Positions 33,348 to 44,575 of a DNA stretch of 64,000 nt are shown here, in pieces. This DNA comes from Cyanophora paradoxa CCMP329 (lineage: Eukaryota > Plantae > Glaucophyta). Location: positions 124,001 through 188,000 of the forward strand of contig QPMI01000563.1 in the NCBI GenBank assembly GCA_004431415.1. The letters are read 5' to 3'. The notes under the pieces were generated by a model, which worked only from the letters and a program-made list of their open reading frames with translations, did no database searches and was not told the origin of the DNA. The first letter of the stretch is position 1. Each line of letters begins with the position of its first letter. The position numbers and the translations under genes were made by a program.

Positions 33348-36300
33348 TTAATTAAAAGGAACAGAATTAATACCATCTGGTAAGATGTATCTCTTTGCAT
33401 CAAAGCAGTTCAGGGCAACCCTTCTACTCACAGTGTCTACTATTGTGTGATCTGCCCTTCTTTTCTGCTTTGCAGTCACAGTCTTGCTGATACCTGCAAA
33501 TAAACACTGCTTAAAATCATTAAATTGGAGTTCCTCAGTGGAAGTCCCAGAGAGCTTACTTCTCTCAATCTCAGCAGTTCTGAAACTGTAAACTTTGGCT
33601 CTCAGACCCACATATTCTAATATAGCAGAACCTGGCATTTCATTTTTGTATTTACCTGGGGTCATTCTTGAATCACCTCCAAGGTCCAATGCATAAGAGA
33701 TATTCCCCAGGTCCTTTTGGAGGGTGTGAGATTCAATATATAGACAGAAGGAATCAGTATCATGGAATAGCAACTTTGCTTTTGACCATTGGGACCTCAC
33801 AGTATCATAGAAGAACTGGTAATTATGCAGTTTGGCTGCATCCAAAACATAAGCCCCAATAGCAACAGGCTTATCTAGCTTCACATGTTTTGTGTAAAAC
33901 TCAAAGGCAACTGCTCTTTCGTTTATGGGGCTTGTTGATTTCACCAATGGAGAGGCTGCATATTTCATAAACAGTTTCTCACTGTTTGCAATCTTAACCA
34001 CAGATCTACCTCTGCAAGATTCAATGCATTTCCCATAGATTGAGTTATTCATGAGCTTATAGAAATCAGCCTCGAATTTATTCACTGCTTTCCTTCTCAT
34101 CTCAGTGTTCAGCTCAATATAGGGTTTCATGACAGGAGCCACAGTAAATGATAGGACCCTGTGAACCTTCTTTAATTTCACCCCTTTGTCCAACAGATAC
34201 TGTAGGAGAGGCTCAGAAATCACATAGTTTGTCACAGAACCAAAGGTTGCAGTTAGCTTAGGGGTCTTATCAAGCTCTTCTCCTGAAAGATCTAATAGGC
34301 TCTTTTGATATTGTGATAATTCGGCATATTCTACTATTTTCTTGTTAATAATTAGGGGGAAATCACTGTGATCTAGAAACAGCCTAATTGGGTAATCCAG
34401 ATCAACTTCTAGGAAACTGGATCTGTTATCTTGTGGGTTGAATTCGGTCTCCCATCTAAAATCACCAACTGGGATTGGCTGACTCAAACAGTAGCCATAC
34501 AAGTTGTTAGCATCAAACAGCATTATATGGGAGTTCTCACCATCTGCCTCAGCATACCTACAGGGCATTGTTGCAAAGCCACCCCTGATTCCCCTCTCAA
34601 CAAATTCGTATTGCTCTACATCACTGATGAGTTCTATTTTTGCCTTGGTGGTCCTAAGCATAGCATCCCAAGATAGCCCAGGTGCAGATACATAATGAAC
34701 TGGGTCAAGTCCATATACTGAGTGTGAAAGCCTTCTGAAGGCTTGGAATTTGTTCATTAACTCAGTCACATCAGCAGCTCCGAAATCCATGAAATTGCTT
34801 GCATCAATGAACTTGTAAAGACCCCATTGCAATGAAAGGTATTGATCAAAGTTTTTCGAAAGGATTTCGATTCGCTTTTTATCACCCAAACCTGCTATTT
34901 TTCTGAAAATGAATGTCCCACAGTCATCCATTTGGTCAACAACAACTGCAACTTTGGTTTGCTTTGAGATTCTCCTATGGAGATTGCAGTTTCTGCATGC
35001 AGGAGCAATGTAATGACCTGTGTGGTGGTCATGATCTCTGCATTTGAAATTTTCTTTAGTGAACCTCTCACTGCAAAGGTAACAGTTTTTAGTAGCCCTG
35101 TAAATAGCCTTTTGCTCATCTGTGAGTTCATTCATTGGAATATTGGTGAACAGGAAATCGATTAGTTCTCTAGCTTTGGACTCCAAGCATTCAAAGAGAC
35201 CTCCCATTGGATCCTGCCCTCAAATCGAAAATCTTGAACATCTTCCCCAGTGACTACTCTAAGGTTGACTGCTGAAACTTCCCTCTTGGATTTCGATGCA
35301 TCAATGGGGATGCTTCTATGTTCAATCTTGCAGTAGACCACAACAGGAAGCCAAACAGTTTTCCTGAGGTTTTTCAGTCCAAACTCTATGGTGGTCTCAG
35401 GTTTAGGGGTGATTCCCTTTGAGAGTCTCCAGTCAATGCATCTATTTGAGTCCACATGAGCAGTGAGTTTAGCCTCAGACCTGAATCGAGATAAGCATGT
35501 GTCACAGTAGTGTAACTTCTGATCATTGTATGTTTCATGGTTTACTTTCAATAATCTTGAAAGGGACATGATTGTAATATAATGACCATTCCCTTCATCA
35601 TCAAATATCAGCATGAGATTAACCTTATGCTTTCTGCCTGGGTTACTGGATTGATGCAGGGGATAAACAACCTCTCCATCGATTCCGAATATATTAATGC
35701 TAATGCCTGCATTTTGAGCCTCGAATTTATCAATAATCTCAGCATCACAGGCAACAGGGAATGGGATGTTATCGAAATTCAGAGCAAGAGGATTGTAAGC
35801 GATTGGTGAGTATTTCCATTTGCGATATTGGGAAAGCTCATTCCTCTTATGGGAGTTAATAGATTTTCTGTAAATCGAGGCTAAAATCGCATTTTCGAAG
35901 CAGGAATCATCAATATTTCGAATATTCACTGTGGCTCTCTTCCTAGCAATCCACTCTGGGGTTTGTAGAAAGCAACCACCAGTTGGAGCATAACTCATAA
36001 TAGCCACTCTGAGTATTTCAATTCTTTCTAAGCGATAGCTATCAACCACATTCATCTGCTCCTGACACATTTGGGCTGCTTTATTCAGCTCAGTTCGAAT
36101 ATTTCTCGACCTGGTTAATACAAAGTAATCACTGTAAATGTATTTCGATATCCAAACCTGTGGATTGCTCACTTTTACGAACTTGCAGATAAAAGACAAG
36201 CGAACCTTGATTGCCCTGAATTGATCTAAACCCTGCTTTAATCGATTTGGAAGGGATGTAGCAATTCTGTCCAGGAATTCAATCACATCTACAACAACTT

Positions 36301-36592
36301 CCCTTCTGGCTCTGTAAGTGAGCCAGCGATATAATTCATTCATGGCTGTTCCATCTTCTGCCTCAGGTTCTATTTGCCTTAGGCGATCCAGTTCATCCAA
36401 GGTTTCAATTTTATCATATAGGTTATTTGCTTTTCTGGTTAATCTGGCTAAAGTGGGTCTACCCTTTGCAATTAAATCTATTTCCCGGTCATATTCAGCC
36501 TCTGTAATTTCATGGGCTGCATATAGTGTTCCCAGCAATCCCATGAGTTCCCATTTCTTCTCCCTTATGAGTTTGTTGGTAATTCGGGGCAT
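33348..36592 (-). CDS. polB: Protein-primed family B DNA polymerase (two ORFs joined by a frameshift near 35210)
   Basis: N-terminal TPEWIARKRATVNIRNIDDSCF, C2H2 finger (CDTC...H...C), EndoVII-like CYLC...RDHDH...ACRNCN. Polymerase motifs FDANNLYG, KLMNNSIYGK, HDTDS and GLRAKVYS. Confidence 0.93.
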
Positions 36593-36652
36593 TATTCCTA
36601 ACTTGTTCCTATTCTAAGGGGATATTTTATTTTAGGATGTTCTAAACGCAAT

Positions 36653-37003
36653 TTAAAATGTTTTAATGGATCCATTGGCTTCCTCTGAATGAAATCGCAA
36701 AAACCTATTAATCCTAAATCGAGATTTCGGTTTTTGTAGATTGACTATCCAAGGTTCAAAGAGATACATGTAATATGCTTCTCTGTTCATAAGGTCTTCA
36801 TGCCCACCCTTCTTAGTTGAATAAAGGACTGAAAACCTCACATCAGAAGCCTTGCATAGGTCTGCTGTTGATGGCATTTGACCTGATTTGTGTTGTTTCC
36901 ATCGGATATGTAGTTTTTGTGAGGTTCTCCCTATATAAACTTTATTCAATTCTTCACTCTCAATCATATAGATCGATCCAGAATCATGATCTGTTCCAGC
37001 CAT
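36653..37003 (-). CDS. GIY-YIG endonuclease
   Basis: GSIYMI...KVYIGRT...RWKQH...LMNREAYY...IVN. Confidence 0.85.
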   Translation of the reverse strand: MAGTDHDSGSIYMIESEELNKVYIGRTSQKLHIRWKQHKSGQMPSTADLCKASDVRFSVLYSTKKGGHEDLMNREAYYMYLFEPWIVNLQKPKSRFRINRFLRFHSEEANGSIKTF

Positions 37004-37054
37004 TTCTTACTACTTACATATAAATATATTTTTCTATCTCTTAAATCATTTTTT

Positions 37055-37238
37055 GGTTGACTTAGTGGGTGGAGTTGAGGCACTTTTTATTTCTTTTTAG
37101 GGCAGAGTCCTCTTTTAGAATCTGTGAAAAAATGAGTCAACTCCCCCCACTTAGTCAACCTAATCGATAAATAAACCATAAATAAAAGACTGTTTGGGTC
37201 TTTTATGATAAATTTGAGTCAACCATGAGTCCACTTTT
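37055..37238. promoter_or_regulatory. Internal diverged copy of the TIR origin-like cassette, just downstream of the primase-helicase gene
   Basis: ggttgacttagtgggtggagttgag ... gagtcaactccccccacttagtcaacc, plus tgagtcaaccatgagtccacttt matching the TIR at about 30812-30835. Confidence 0.6.
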
Positions 37239-37246
37239 GAGTAAAC

Positions 37247-39917
37247 CTAAACTTCAACATCAGAGTCATAATCTGATGCATCAGGATCAGCAGCAGGTAG
37301 TTCTTGTTTCATCCTTGGATTAGCTTCTTCCTCAATGGTCTCATCATCTACAAGCTTCATCTTTCTGAATTCCTCAAATACTTGTGGGAATAGGAAATGA
37401 TAGTATTGCTTACCATTTGTAGTTTTCACTTGGATATATGTCACACTTCTCATTTCAGTATAATACCTGCGACTATTATAATCGTTTTTATATTTATTGC
37501 TGGTAATGAACTCCTGGAACCATTTCCAGGTTTCCACAAGGCTACCAGACTTGCATTTATTCTCGGAAATTAAGCCTCGATCCACAAGCCACTTAGTGAA
37601 CATAAGGATGATTGGAGCGCACACCTGTTGGGCTAAATAGTATTTATTTGTAAGGGGTCTATCAGCAATCCAGTTCACATCCTCACAGTCAACTTTGGTT
37701 CTCAAATAGTGGGCAATGTTTCGAATATTGCAGTGATCATTTAGCCATTTTACAAGTGGAAAGAAGTATGACCTATCCTTTGCGAATTTCTTACTAACTT
37801 CAACAACCACAAATCGCCTATCTCCAGCTTCAATTTTCACTGGAATGTTGTTATTGCTGGTGAATATAATCCTGGCAAAGTTGCTTTTTGTGTATGAATC
37901 TATCCCTTTGTGTTCAATTACAATCTTATCAGAAGTTATGAGATCTTTGAGCATATCATTATTTTCGAATGTGTCCTTGCCTGAGGCTTCATTCACAACA
38001 ATCAAGATCTTATCCTCTCTATTGTGGGCAAATCGACCAAACAGATCCTCTTTTGGCTTTCCAGTTGCATAACTTAGGGCATCTCCAAGTATCTTCTTTT
38101 GGAAAGTATCAACCAACACATTTTTACCAGTTCCCTGCTCACCAATGAAGATTAAGGATACTCCATTGAGTTCCCCAGGCTTTTGCAGCATGTGGGCAAA
38201 CCATTTCAACAGATATTCATAGGTATTTTGATCTTCACCAGACATTAAGAACAAGTGATCTAGGAAAGGCTTAATCATCTCAGCAGTTACATCCTCTGGA
38301 GCATTTTCGAATTGCTGATGGTCGACCTTCATTCCTGGATAGAGATTAAATACAGACTTGCATTTTGCACTGAGAGTAGCAGGAGGGGGAAGGAAATCCA
38401 TGTAAGTAGATCTTGTGGCTGTGGGATCCACAATCCATCTTCTAAATGATTGCTCCCATTTCTCTTTCTCATTATCTGTTCCCTCATTGATAATCACCTT
38501 ATGCATCAAGTGGGGGAAATGCTTTGTAGAGAGCTTCCCAATATCTTTTGGCATCCAGCAAAGTAGTTGTTCATCCCAGAGCATCACACAACCAACATTT
38601 TCAACATGATGCGTGGCGATTTGCATTAGCACACAACAACAACTACTAGGAGTTTCACATCGCCCAATTTATCTCTCCGACTAGATGCATTCGAGCATTG
38701 AAATACCTCTTATGCACATTGTAGTGTTCAGCCAAAGGAGGGATACTTGCAGTCTTGTAATCGATTTCATCTGTGTCCTCTGGTAGGAATGCATACTTTT
38801 TGGGGAAGAGTTCCTTGAAAAGCTCATTGTTATCTTTGCTCAACCAATAAACCAAGGATTTGAAGGTCAACACTTTGCCAGGCTCAGCCTTCTTCTTGCT
38901 TCTGCGAAGCTGTGTAAACTTCTCCTGGCATTCATCATAATCATACTTGTCACTCTGTTCTGAGAATTGGTGGAAGAGTTCAGCTTGCATTTTAGGGGTG
39001 AACTTGTTGTCTTCCCCAACATTGATGATGACCAGTCCTACATCAATCCAAGTTTTATACTCATTAGCTCTCTCACCATTCAGACCCATTATAACACTTT
39101 GTAGCAGTTCGAAAGTAACAGGATTTTCGGGTTCAGTGTCTTTTTCAGCTTCTACCTTCTCAGTCTTCACTTTATCACTTTTTGGCTCCTTTTTAACTGG
39201 TTTTGGCTCAGGGCTATAATTTGCGAATGCAGAAATATTCGATTCATCCACAAGTTTAGTAGAAGCTGAGAAGAAAGATACAAAGAAGTCCTCATTTCGC
39301 ATTAACACTTTGTCACAGTCAACGAATTTCTTAAAGCAAACGTTTTTATCAACATCTTTCTTTGATTTATTTTGAGCATCCAGAGTCTCACCTTTGCAGC
39401 AATTGAGGCAGATAAGGTTCTGTGTGGAGCTGTAAACCCCACTGTCATAATCCTCATTTTTCACCAATCCCATAGCTTTGAAAAGCTTGGGGATATCTTC
39501 ATGTTTGCATGCAAGCGACTTAATGATAAAGTGGGCTGAGATCTTGAACTTGGTGACATCCTCCTTGATCAAATAAACCCTTCTATGGCGAACTGCAACA
39601 GCAATATCGTTAATTGAAGTGGTCCCAGATCGCTTCCATAGCTTATCTCTCATCTCTCTTACAACAGTTTCCGCCTCAGCATAGTTATCAGCAATGTTCT
39701 CCTTCAAATCAGCGAATTTATCCAGGTCCAGGTAAACTCTGGTCACTTGCTCAGGTTGAATGCATTCAGCCCAGGTCTTAACCTTGCTATTATCAATAGC
39801 TTCAAGGGCATCTTCGGCGGAATCAAATACATGGGTGACCTTGTTGCGATCACCAATGAGAGTACTAAGGAATGTAGCATTTTCAACAGGGGTGGCGAAT
39901 TTCTCGATTTTGTTCAT
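37247..39917 (-). CDS. AEP primase-PriCT2-SF3 (D5-like) helicase, split into two ORFs by a 71-bp insertion
   Basis: AEP motifs RVYLDLD, KISAHFII, YDSGVY; PriCT-2-like EYKTWIDVG...FSEQSDKY...SLVYWLSKDN; helicase Walker A GEQGTGKN, Walker B IVVNEA, motif C IIFTSNN and arginine finger GDRRF. Confidence 0.9.
38608..38688. mobile_element. 71-bp insertion (38613-38683) flanked by the 5-bp direct repeat GATGC
   Basis: Removing the insert plus one GATGC (76 bp) fuses ORF 38655..39917 to ORF 37247..38632 in frame (...FNARMH-HVENVGC...). Confidence 0.7.
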
Positions 39918-40134
39918 TTTCGATTTTGGGGACTTCTACCTTTAACGAAGAAAATAATTTCGGAAGGAGGAATTGTCTTTTATATATATCCTATTATTTG
40001 CCAAGTCCTTAAGTAGTTTTGGGTCGGGATACTGTCTCGATATATAGGTACAGTTTTAAAAAAGAGGGAAGAAAGCTGTCATTTTTTTGCCTCCGATCAA
40101 ATCGATTTCTACAAAATTTGTTTCGATCGAGAAT

Positions 40135-40461
40135 TTATTCTTCGATATATTTCCGAGGTCTTCCAACCGGTTTATGCTCTTTGGGTTTCTTGGGCTGTTC
40201 ATCTTTCTTCTTGTGGTAATATTCCAGCGCTTTTGCCTTTTTCTGCTCGCGATATTCTTCATTTTCCCTGTATTTCCTCTGGTGTCTGAGGGCAATCTTT
40301 TTGAGTTCTTCTGGTGTGTGAACTGTAGCGGCTCCTTGGGATAATCGTTCCTCTTTCTTTTTATGATAGGCTTCGCGTTTTCTTTGGGCATCTTGCTCCC
40401 TTTTCAGTCTCAGCTTCTCTGCTTTTTCATCATCTGTGAGTATCTTGCGGATATTCGGCAT
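40135..40461 (-). CDS. Small basic protein with C-terminal AT-hook-like motif
   Basis: K/R/E-rich; KYRENEEYREQKKAKALEYYHKKK...VGRPRKY. Confidence 0.65.
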   Translation of the reverse strand: MPNIRKILTDDEKAEKLRLKREQDAQRKREAYHKKKEERLSQGAATVHTPEELKKIALRHQRKYRENEEYREQKKAKALEYYHKKKDEQPKKPKEHKPVGRPRKYIEE

Positions 40462-40630
40462 TTCTCTTTAATAGTAGATACGAAAATAATTTTTCCTCAA
40501 TACAACCTATCTACTTTTTCCTTAAGTCATTTTTTGTTGCGAACACCAGTTCCTGTCTATAAACTGTGGCAACAAAAAATGATTAGGTGAAAGCAGCTTG
40601 ATATTTATCAGATATAATTACAGATCAGTA

Positions 40631-40939
40631 ATGGCTGCTCGAACTGCAAGAGGAATTCTGTTTGACAAGTTGGAGAAAAATCCTATTGTGAATGGACATA
40701 AGGGATTGGTAGATGCTATGGTCGAAAGTAGTCTTCAATCAAAAGGGATAAACATCAATCATACAGACAACACAAGAACCAAACAGTTTCGACAGAAATT
40801 GGAGAAAGACATATTGACAATGACACTTGATCCAAACTACATGCCTTCGATTGGTAAAAAGAATCATTCAGGCTCTGCCACAAGAAAGCGACTTTTAACC
40901 AAATTGATGAATCGTTCTATTGCAGCCACTAGCGATTAA
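40631..40939 (+). CDS. Hypothetical protein (about 102 aa)
   Basis: ATG-initiated ORF MAARTARG... in an otherwise gene-dense region. Confidence 0.45.
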   Translation: MAARTARGILFDKLEKNPIVNGHKGLVDAMVESSLQSKGININHTDNTRTKQFRQKLEKDILTMTLDPNYMPSIGKKNHSGSATRKRLLTKLMNRSIAATSD

Positions 40940-41019
40940 CCAATGAAGCCACTAACTCCTGTGTATATATTTTTATAGCTGCCTCAGTGGCATACTGAGA
41001 CCGCTTTTTCTCAATTATC

Positions 41020-41265
41020 TTATAGACCTGGGGGTCCATTGCTACTATCAGTAGGCAAATAATATTTAATCGGTCTCCCTCTGGGTCTCTGCTCCTCTTT
41101 TTTGGCTTTTCTGCGATAATAGGATGCCAGGGCTTGCTGCTTTTTATACTCTCTATATTCTGGGTCCTCTCTATATCGTTTCTGCATTGCTAGAATGTGT
41201 CTAATAGAACCCTCAGTAACAGGTTCATCACTGGTAAACTCGATTAAACTAATAGTGTCCTCCAT
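41020..41265 (-). CDS. Small basic AT-hook-like protein, paralogue of 40135..40461
   Basis: KRYREDPEYREYKKQQALASYYRRK...RPRGRPIKY. Confidence 0.6.
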   Translation of the reverse strand: MEDTISLIEFTSDEPVTEGSIRHILAMQKRYREDPEYREYKKQQALASYYRRKAKKEEQRPRGRPIKYYLPTDSSNGPPGL

Positions 41266-41521
41266 TTATATTCCCAGAGAAAACGTTTTCTGCTGGCAGA
41301 GAACTTCTCCTTGGATACTCCTGTTGCTCATATGTATACTCTGTGGGGTCTGCTGGCATTGATTCCACTGAAACTGTTGACCTCCTTCTTTCTCTTGCCT
41401 CAGATACATTATCCTCAGTATCTGACATCTCAAACTCTATTGTTGTGTCACAGCATCCACTGTGGCAATTGCTCACCACATGCAGACTGAGCATCTCAAT
41501 AAACTTTCGTATTATATCCAT
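41249..41521 (-). CDS. Hypothetical small acidic protein
   Basis: ORF packed co-directionally with its neighbours and preceded by an AT-rich leader. Confidence 0.45.
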   Translation of the reverse strand: MDIIRKFIEMLSLHVVSNCHSGCCDTTIEFEMSDTEDNVSEARERRRSTVSVESMPADPTEYTYEQQEYPRRSSLPAENVFSGNINGGHY

Positions 41522-41543
41522 GTCTCTAATAAAACAGAGAAAA

Positions 41544-42278
41544 TTAAAGCCAAACTCGTCTTTTATATACTGTGGGAGCTACTCCCTTTTCTACTTCAGC
41601 TTTAGTGGCACCAGGTTCAATGGTTCCCTTCTGGGTCTTTGTTTTCATTTCATCTACTGCCTGCTCATCGATTTGGGTCTCTTTCTTAGCAATAAACTGT
41701 TTATCTGGGACACCAGTAATGCCCATTTTATAAACTTCCTTTCGAAGCATCTCCTTTAGCTTGGCTCTCTCTTTCTTCTCAGTAACATACTGCTCCAAGG
41801 CACTTGATTTGGCTTCCAGGTCTTTGAGTTTAGCAGTCATCTCATCCCATTGAGCCTTGGGAATTCGATGAATATTTTGAGTGGGAGCAGTCTTATATGT
41901 GACTTCACCAGCCATGGACTGGATTACCTTGTCTGATTCCTTACTTAGACCTTCACCTTTGCGAGCCAGTGATAGATCTTGCAAGCCTAAACCTTTATCA
42001 TCAGCAGCACCAATAATTCGCCTGGCTCCCTCAGCAACAGCCTTCATCTTTGAGGCTTCAGGTGAAATGTTGAGTTGGTCACTGGTTGAAGCCTGTGGGG
42101 CTTTGTCATCAAATGATTCCTCATAGGCAGCATTGAGGGGGTCTTCTTGTTGTTGTGAGGGCTTTACCTCATTCATACCATTGAATTTCAGTGGGTCTGT
42201 GTTAATGGATCCACTGTTTCCACCTCCTGAATAGCCAACAGCCCCAGCTGGGATCCCTATCTTTCGTTTGGGAGGCAT
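41544..42278 (-). CDS. Hypothetical protein (244 aa, coiled coil; possible virion core protein)
   Basis: Long ORF immediately downstream of the ATPase, with a basic N-terminus MPPKRK. Confidence 0.6.
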   Translation of the reverse strand: MPPKRKIGIPAGAVGYSGGGNSGSINTDPLKFNGMNEVKPSQQQEDPLNAAYEESFDDKAPQASTSDQLNISPEASKMKAVAEGARRIIGAADDKGLGLQDLSLARKGEGLSKESDKVIQSMAGEVTYKTAPTQNIHRIPKAQWDEMTAKLKDLEAKSSALEQYVTEKKERAKLKEMLRKEVYKMGITGVPDKQFIAKKETQIDEQAVDEMKTKTQKGTIEPGATKAEVEKGVAPTVYKRRVWL

Positions 42279-42306
42279 TGTATCTTTATTAGAATGAGAG
42301 ATAATT

Positions 42307-43089
42307 TTATAAACCGCGTTTATATCGCATCAATTTGTTGCTATGGACTTGGCTTTTCACTTCTTTAGGGGCTTCCTCTTTCTCTGGAGGTTTCAGTTCG
42401 TCTTCTTTCTTTTTTGGCTTTCTGTGGAAGCGAGGAAATGGGAAATCTTTCACAAGCTCAGCTTTATCTACATAGTATTTAACTGAGTAGTTTGCAGAGG
42501 ACCAAATGATATACTGATAGGAGTGAACATACTCTTCAAACATCTTGTAGAAATCCTCTTTATTTCGCATTATATTGTATTCTTCCTCTATGGCTTCTAG
42601 TTCTTTGCGATTTGCAGCACTGAGAAACATAGCATAGTCCGAATTAACTCGAATAGTCGAAGAGACTTTTCTTAGCTTTTGTGTGATGCAGATAATGGAT
42701 ATTTTCGAATGGCGACCTCTGGAATACAGAGATCCGATTATTTTATCCCTTGTGAGATCGACTATCTCATTATCGATTAGATCATCTAAAACTACACATA
42801 ACTGGTTAACAGGTTCACCTTTTTCTATTTTCTCTTGCCTTTCATCTAGCAATTTAGCAATGTAAGGGGCATCCCATTTTCCCAGTTGCAATGTTGCAAC
42901 TTTATCCCAGAAATGATTGAAGCTGGTTCCACTCACAACTAATACAACATCAATCTTTTTGGCATCATGCAACTGCTTCAACCAATACTTTACAGCTTCT
43001 GATTTACCAGTTGCTGATTTTCCTATTGCCAATACACGAAATGGTGGTTCTATCATTTCACCAGCCACAAATTCATCCAGATCATTCAT
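42307..43089 (-). CDS. A32/FtsK-HerA family genome-packaging ATPase
   Basis: Walker A GKSATGKS, Walker B VVLDD, RGRHSKISIICITQ and IRVNSDY. Confidence 0.93.
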   Translation of the reverse strand: MNDLDEFVAGEMIEPPFRVLAIGKSATGKSEAVKYWLKQLHDAKKIDVVLVVSGTSFNHFWDKVATLQLGKWDAPYIAKLLDERQEKIEKGEPVNQLCVVLDDLIDNEIVDLTRDKIIGSLYSRGRHSKISIICITQKLRKVSSTIRVNSDYAMFLSAANRKELEAIEEEYNIMRNKEDFYKMFEEYVHSYQYIIWSSANYSVKYYVDKAELVKDFPFPRFHRKPKKKEDELKPPEKEEAPKEVKSQVHSNKLMRYKRGL

Positions 43090-43153
43090 TGTTGTATATC
43101 TTTCTAAATAAAGACAGATAAAAATAATGCAGAGAGACTGAAAATGGTAACAT

Positions 43154-44522
43154 TTAAAGATTGATACGCCTTAAACCGTCCTTGTCCAAAATTATGAAAC
43201 TATGCATTAGAGCGCGAACATTAACATCGATTACCTTATCTGAAGGCATGTAGAGGGTGAGGAAGGAAGAAGAGGAATTTGTTAAATCAACATAACCAGA
43301 CTGGGCAATATTTCGAATTGCCTTTTCTCCATCAAGGCAGAATGGGAGTCCTGAAAGGACATATTTATCAACAACCTTATCCATGTTAGAGCATTTGAAG
43401 GCATCAGCAATTAGCTCAGCACCTTTGAGCAGTGGAATTGGCTCAGTGGCATAAAGTCGCTGTCCATTAATTTCAACAGTGAAAGTAATATCTTTGGAGT
43501 TGGCATAGGTCTTAAGAACACTGTGGGAGCCATTGGATTTGTCAACAGTTGCATGATCACGAACTGAAACAAGCAGAGCATAAACCAGTCCAGAGATTTG
43601 AGAGAGGTTAATTCGATTGGGTTGGGCATTGCCCTTGGCAGAAAAAGCACTAGCATCTACAAATCCAATATCAAGGGAGGGAATAGCCATGCCAGTAGTC
43701 TTTACTTTTTCAATTACAGTAGCGAAAAGCTCATCAGAAACATTAATAGCATGCATGTAAAGGCGAGGAGAAGTAATAGAAATGACAGGGGTTGTTGCAC
43801 CAAGAGTAAAGTCTGTGATGTTTTGACCAACATTTGCCAGAACAGTTTCAGCAGGGGCAGTTCCAAGACCATCATCTTTTGAATAATCTACATCAGCTGC
43901 TGCAACAGTAAGACCACGACCACCATAGGAAGTTTCAACATAACCCTTTCCAGCATCCTTAAACCAAACAGTAACAACCATTTCACCAGATAAAGCACCA
44001 AGGGAAGGTAGTGATTTAGCCAAGGCACAGGAATTTCAACGAAAAATGAGCCACCAAGGCGGTTGGTTCCATGAGCAGGGATGCCATGAACCATGCCCAT
44101 TGATCGCTTCTTTTTAGCTAGTTGATCCTCCGAATAATAGACCAGGGGAAATGAGCAAGGAAATCAGATGGAATATGGTAGGTGTAAGATCCATAGGTAA
44201 TTTCAAGTCGCTGAACTAAAGCACCAACTGGGCGAGTGTATCCATTGCGAACTAGGTCAGTATCACCAGCAAAAGTGATGGCTGGAAGGTCGAAAGCAAG
44301 TTCGAGTTTTCCACAGAAATTGTAGCGAGGTAGCTTGAAGGAAATGCGATTTCCAACATTATTCTCAAAAGTATTGCTGGGATTCACAACAACTAGAACT
44401 GGCTTAGACTTGGATTCGAGACCAAGCATAAGGGAGTTATCCAGGAAAAAGGCTTTCGCCTCCTCTGGGGTTGTTAGGGCTTCTTTCAGCGAAAGTCTTT
44501 GAAGAGTGGAAGTGATATCCAT
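43154..44522 (-). CDS. Major capsid protein (double jelly-roll, about 455 aa; two single-base frameshifts in G/C runs near 44145 and 44001)
   Basis: Three overlapping ORFs join into one beta-rich protein next to the ATPase: RISFKLPR...LELAFDLP...LVQRLEITYG, FVEIPVPW...LPLGAL...VVTVWF, TVEINGQRLY, SGYVDLTN. Confidence 0.75.
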
Positions 44523-44575
44523 TATATTCTCTTTTATTATACTGCAACATAAAAAATCTACCAATGATCCTTAAT

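Noticed and set aside
43154-44522. Frameshifts in MCP, pPolB and element 2 genes as evidence of pseudogenisation or programmed frameshifting
   Set aside because: They are single-base losses, mostly in G/C homopolymer runs, which is typical of long-read consensus error. This cannot be decided without reads.
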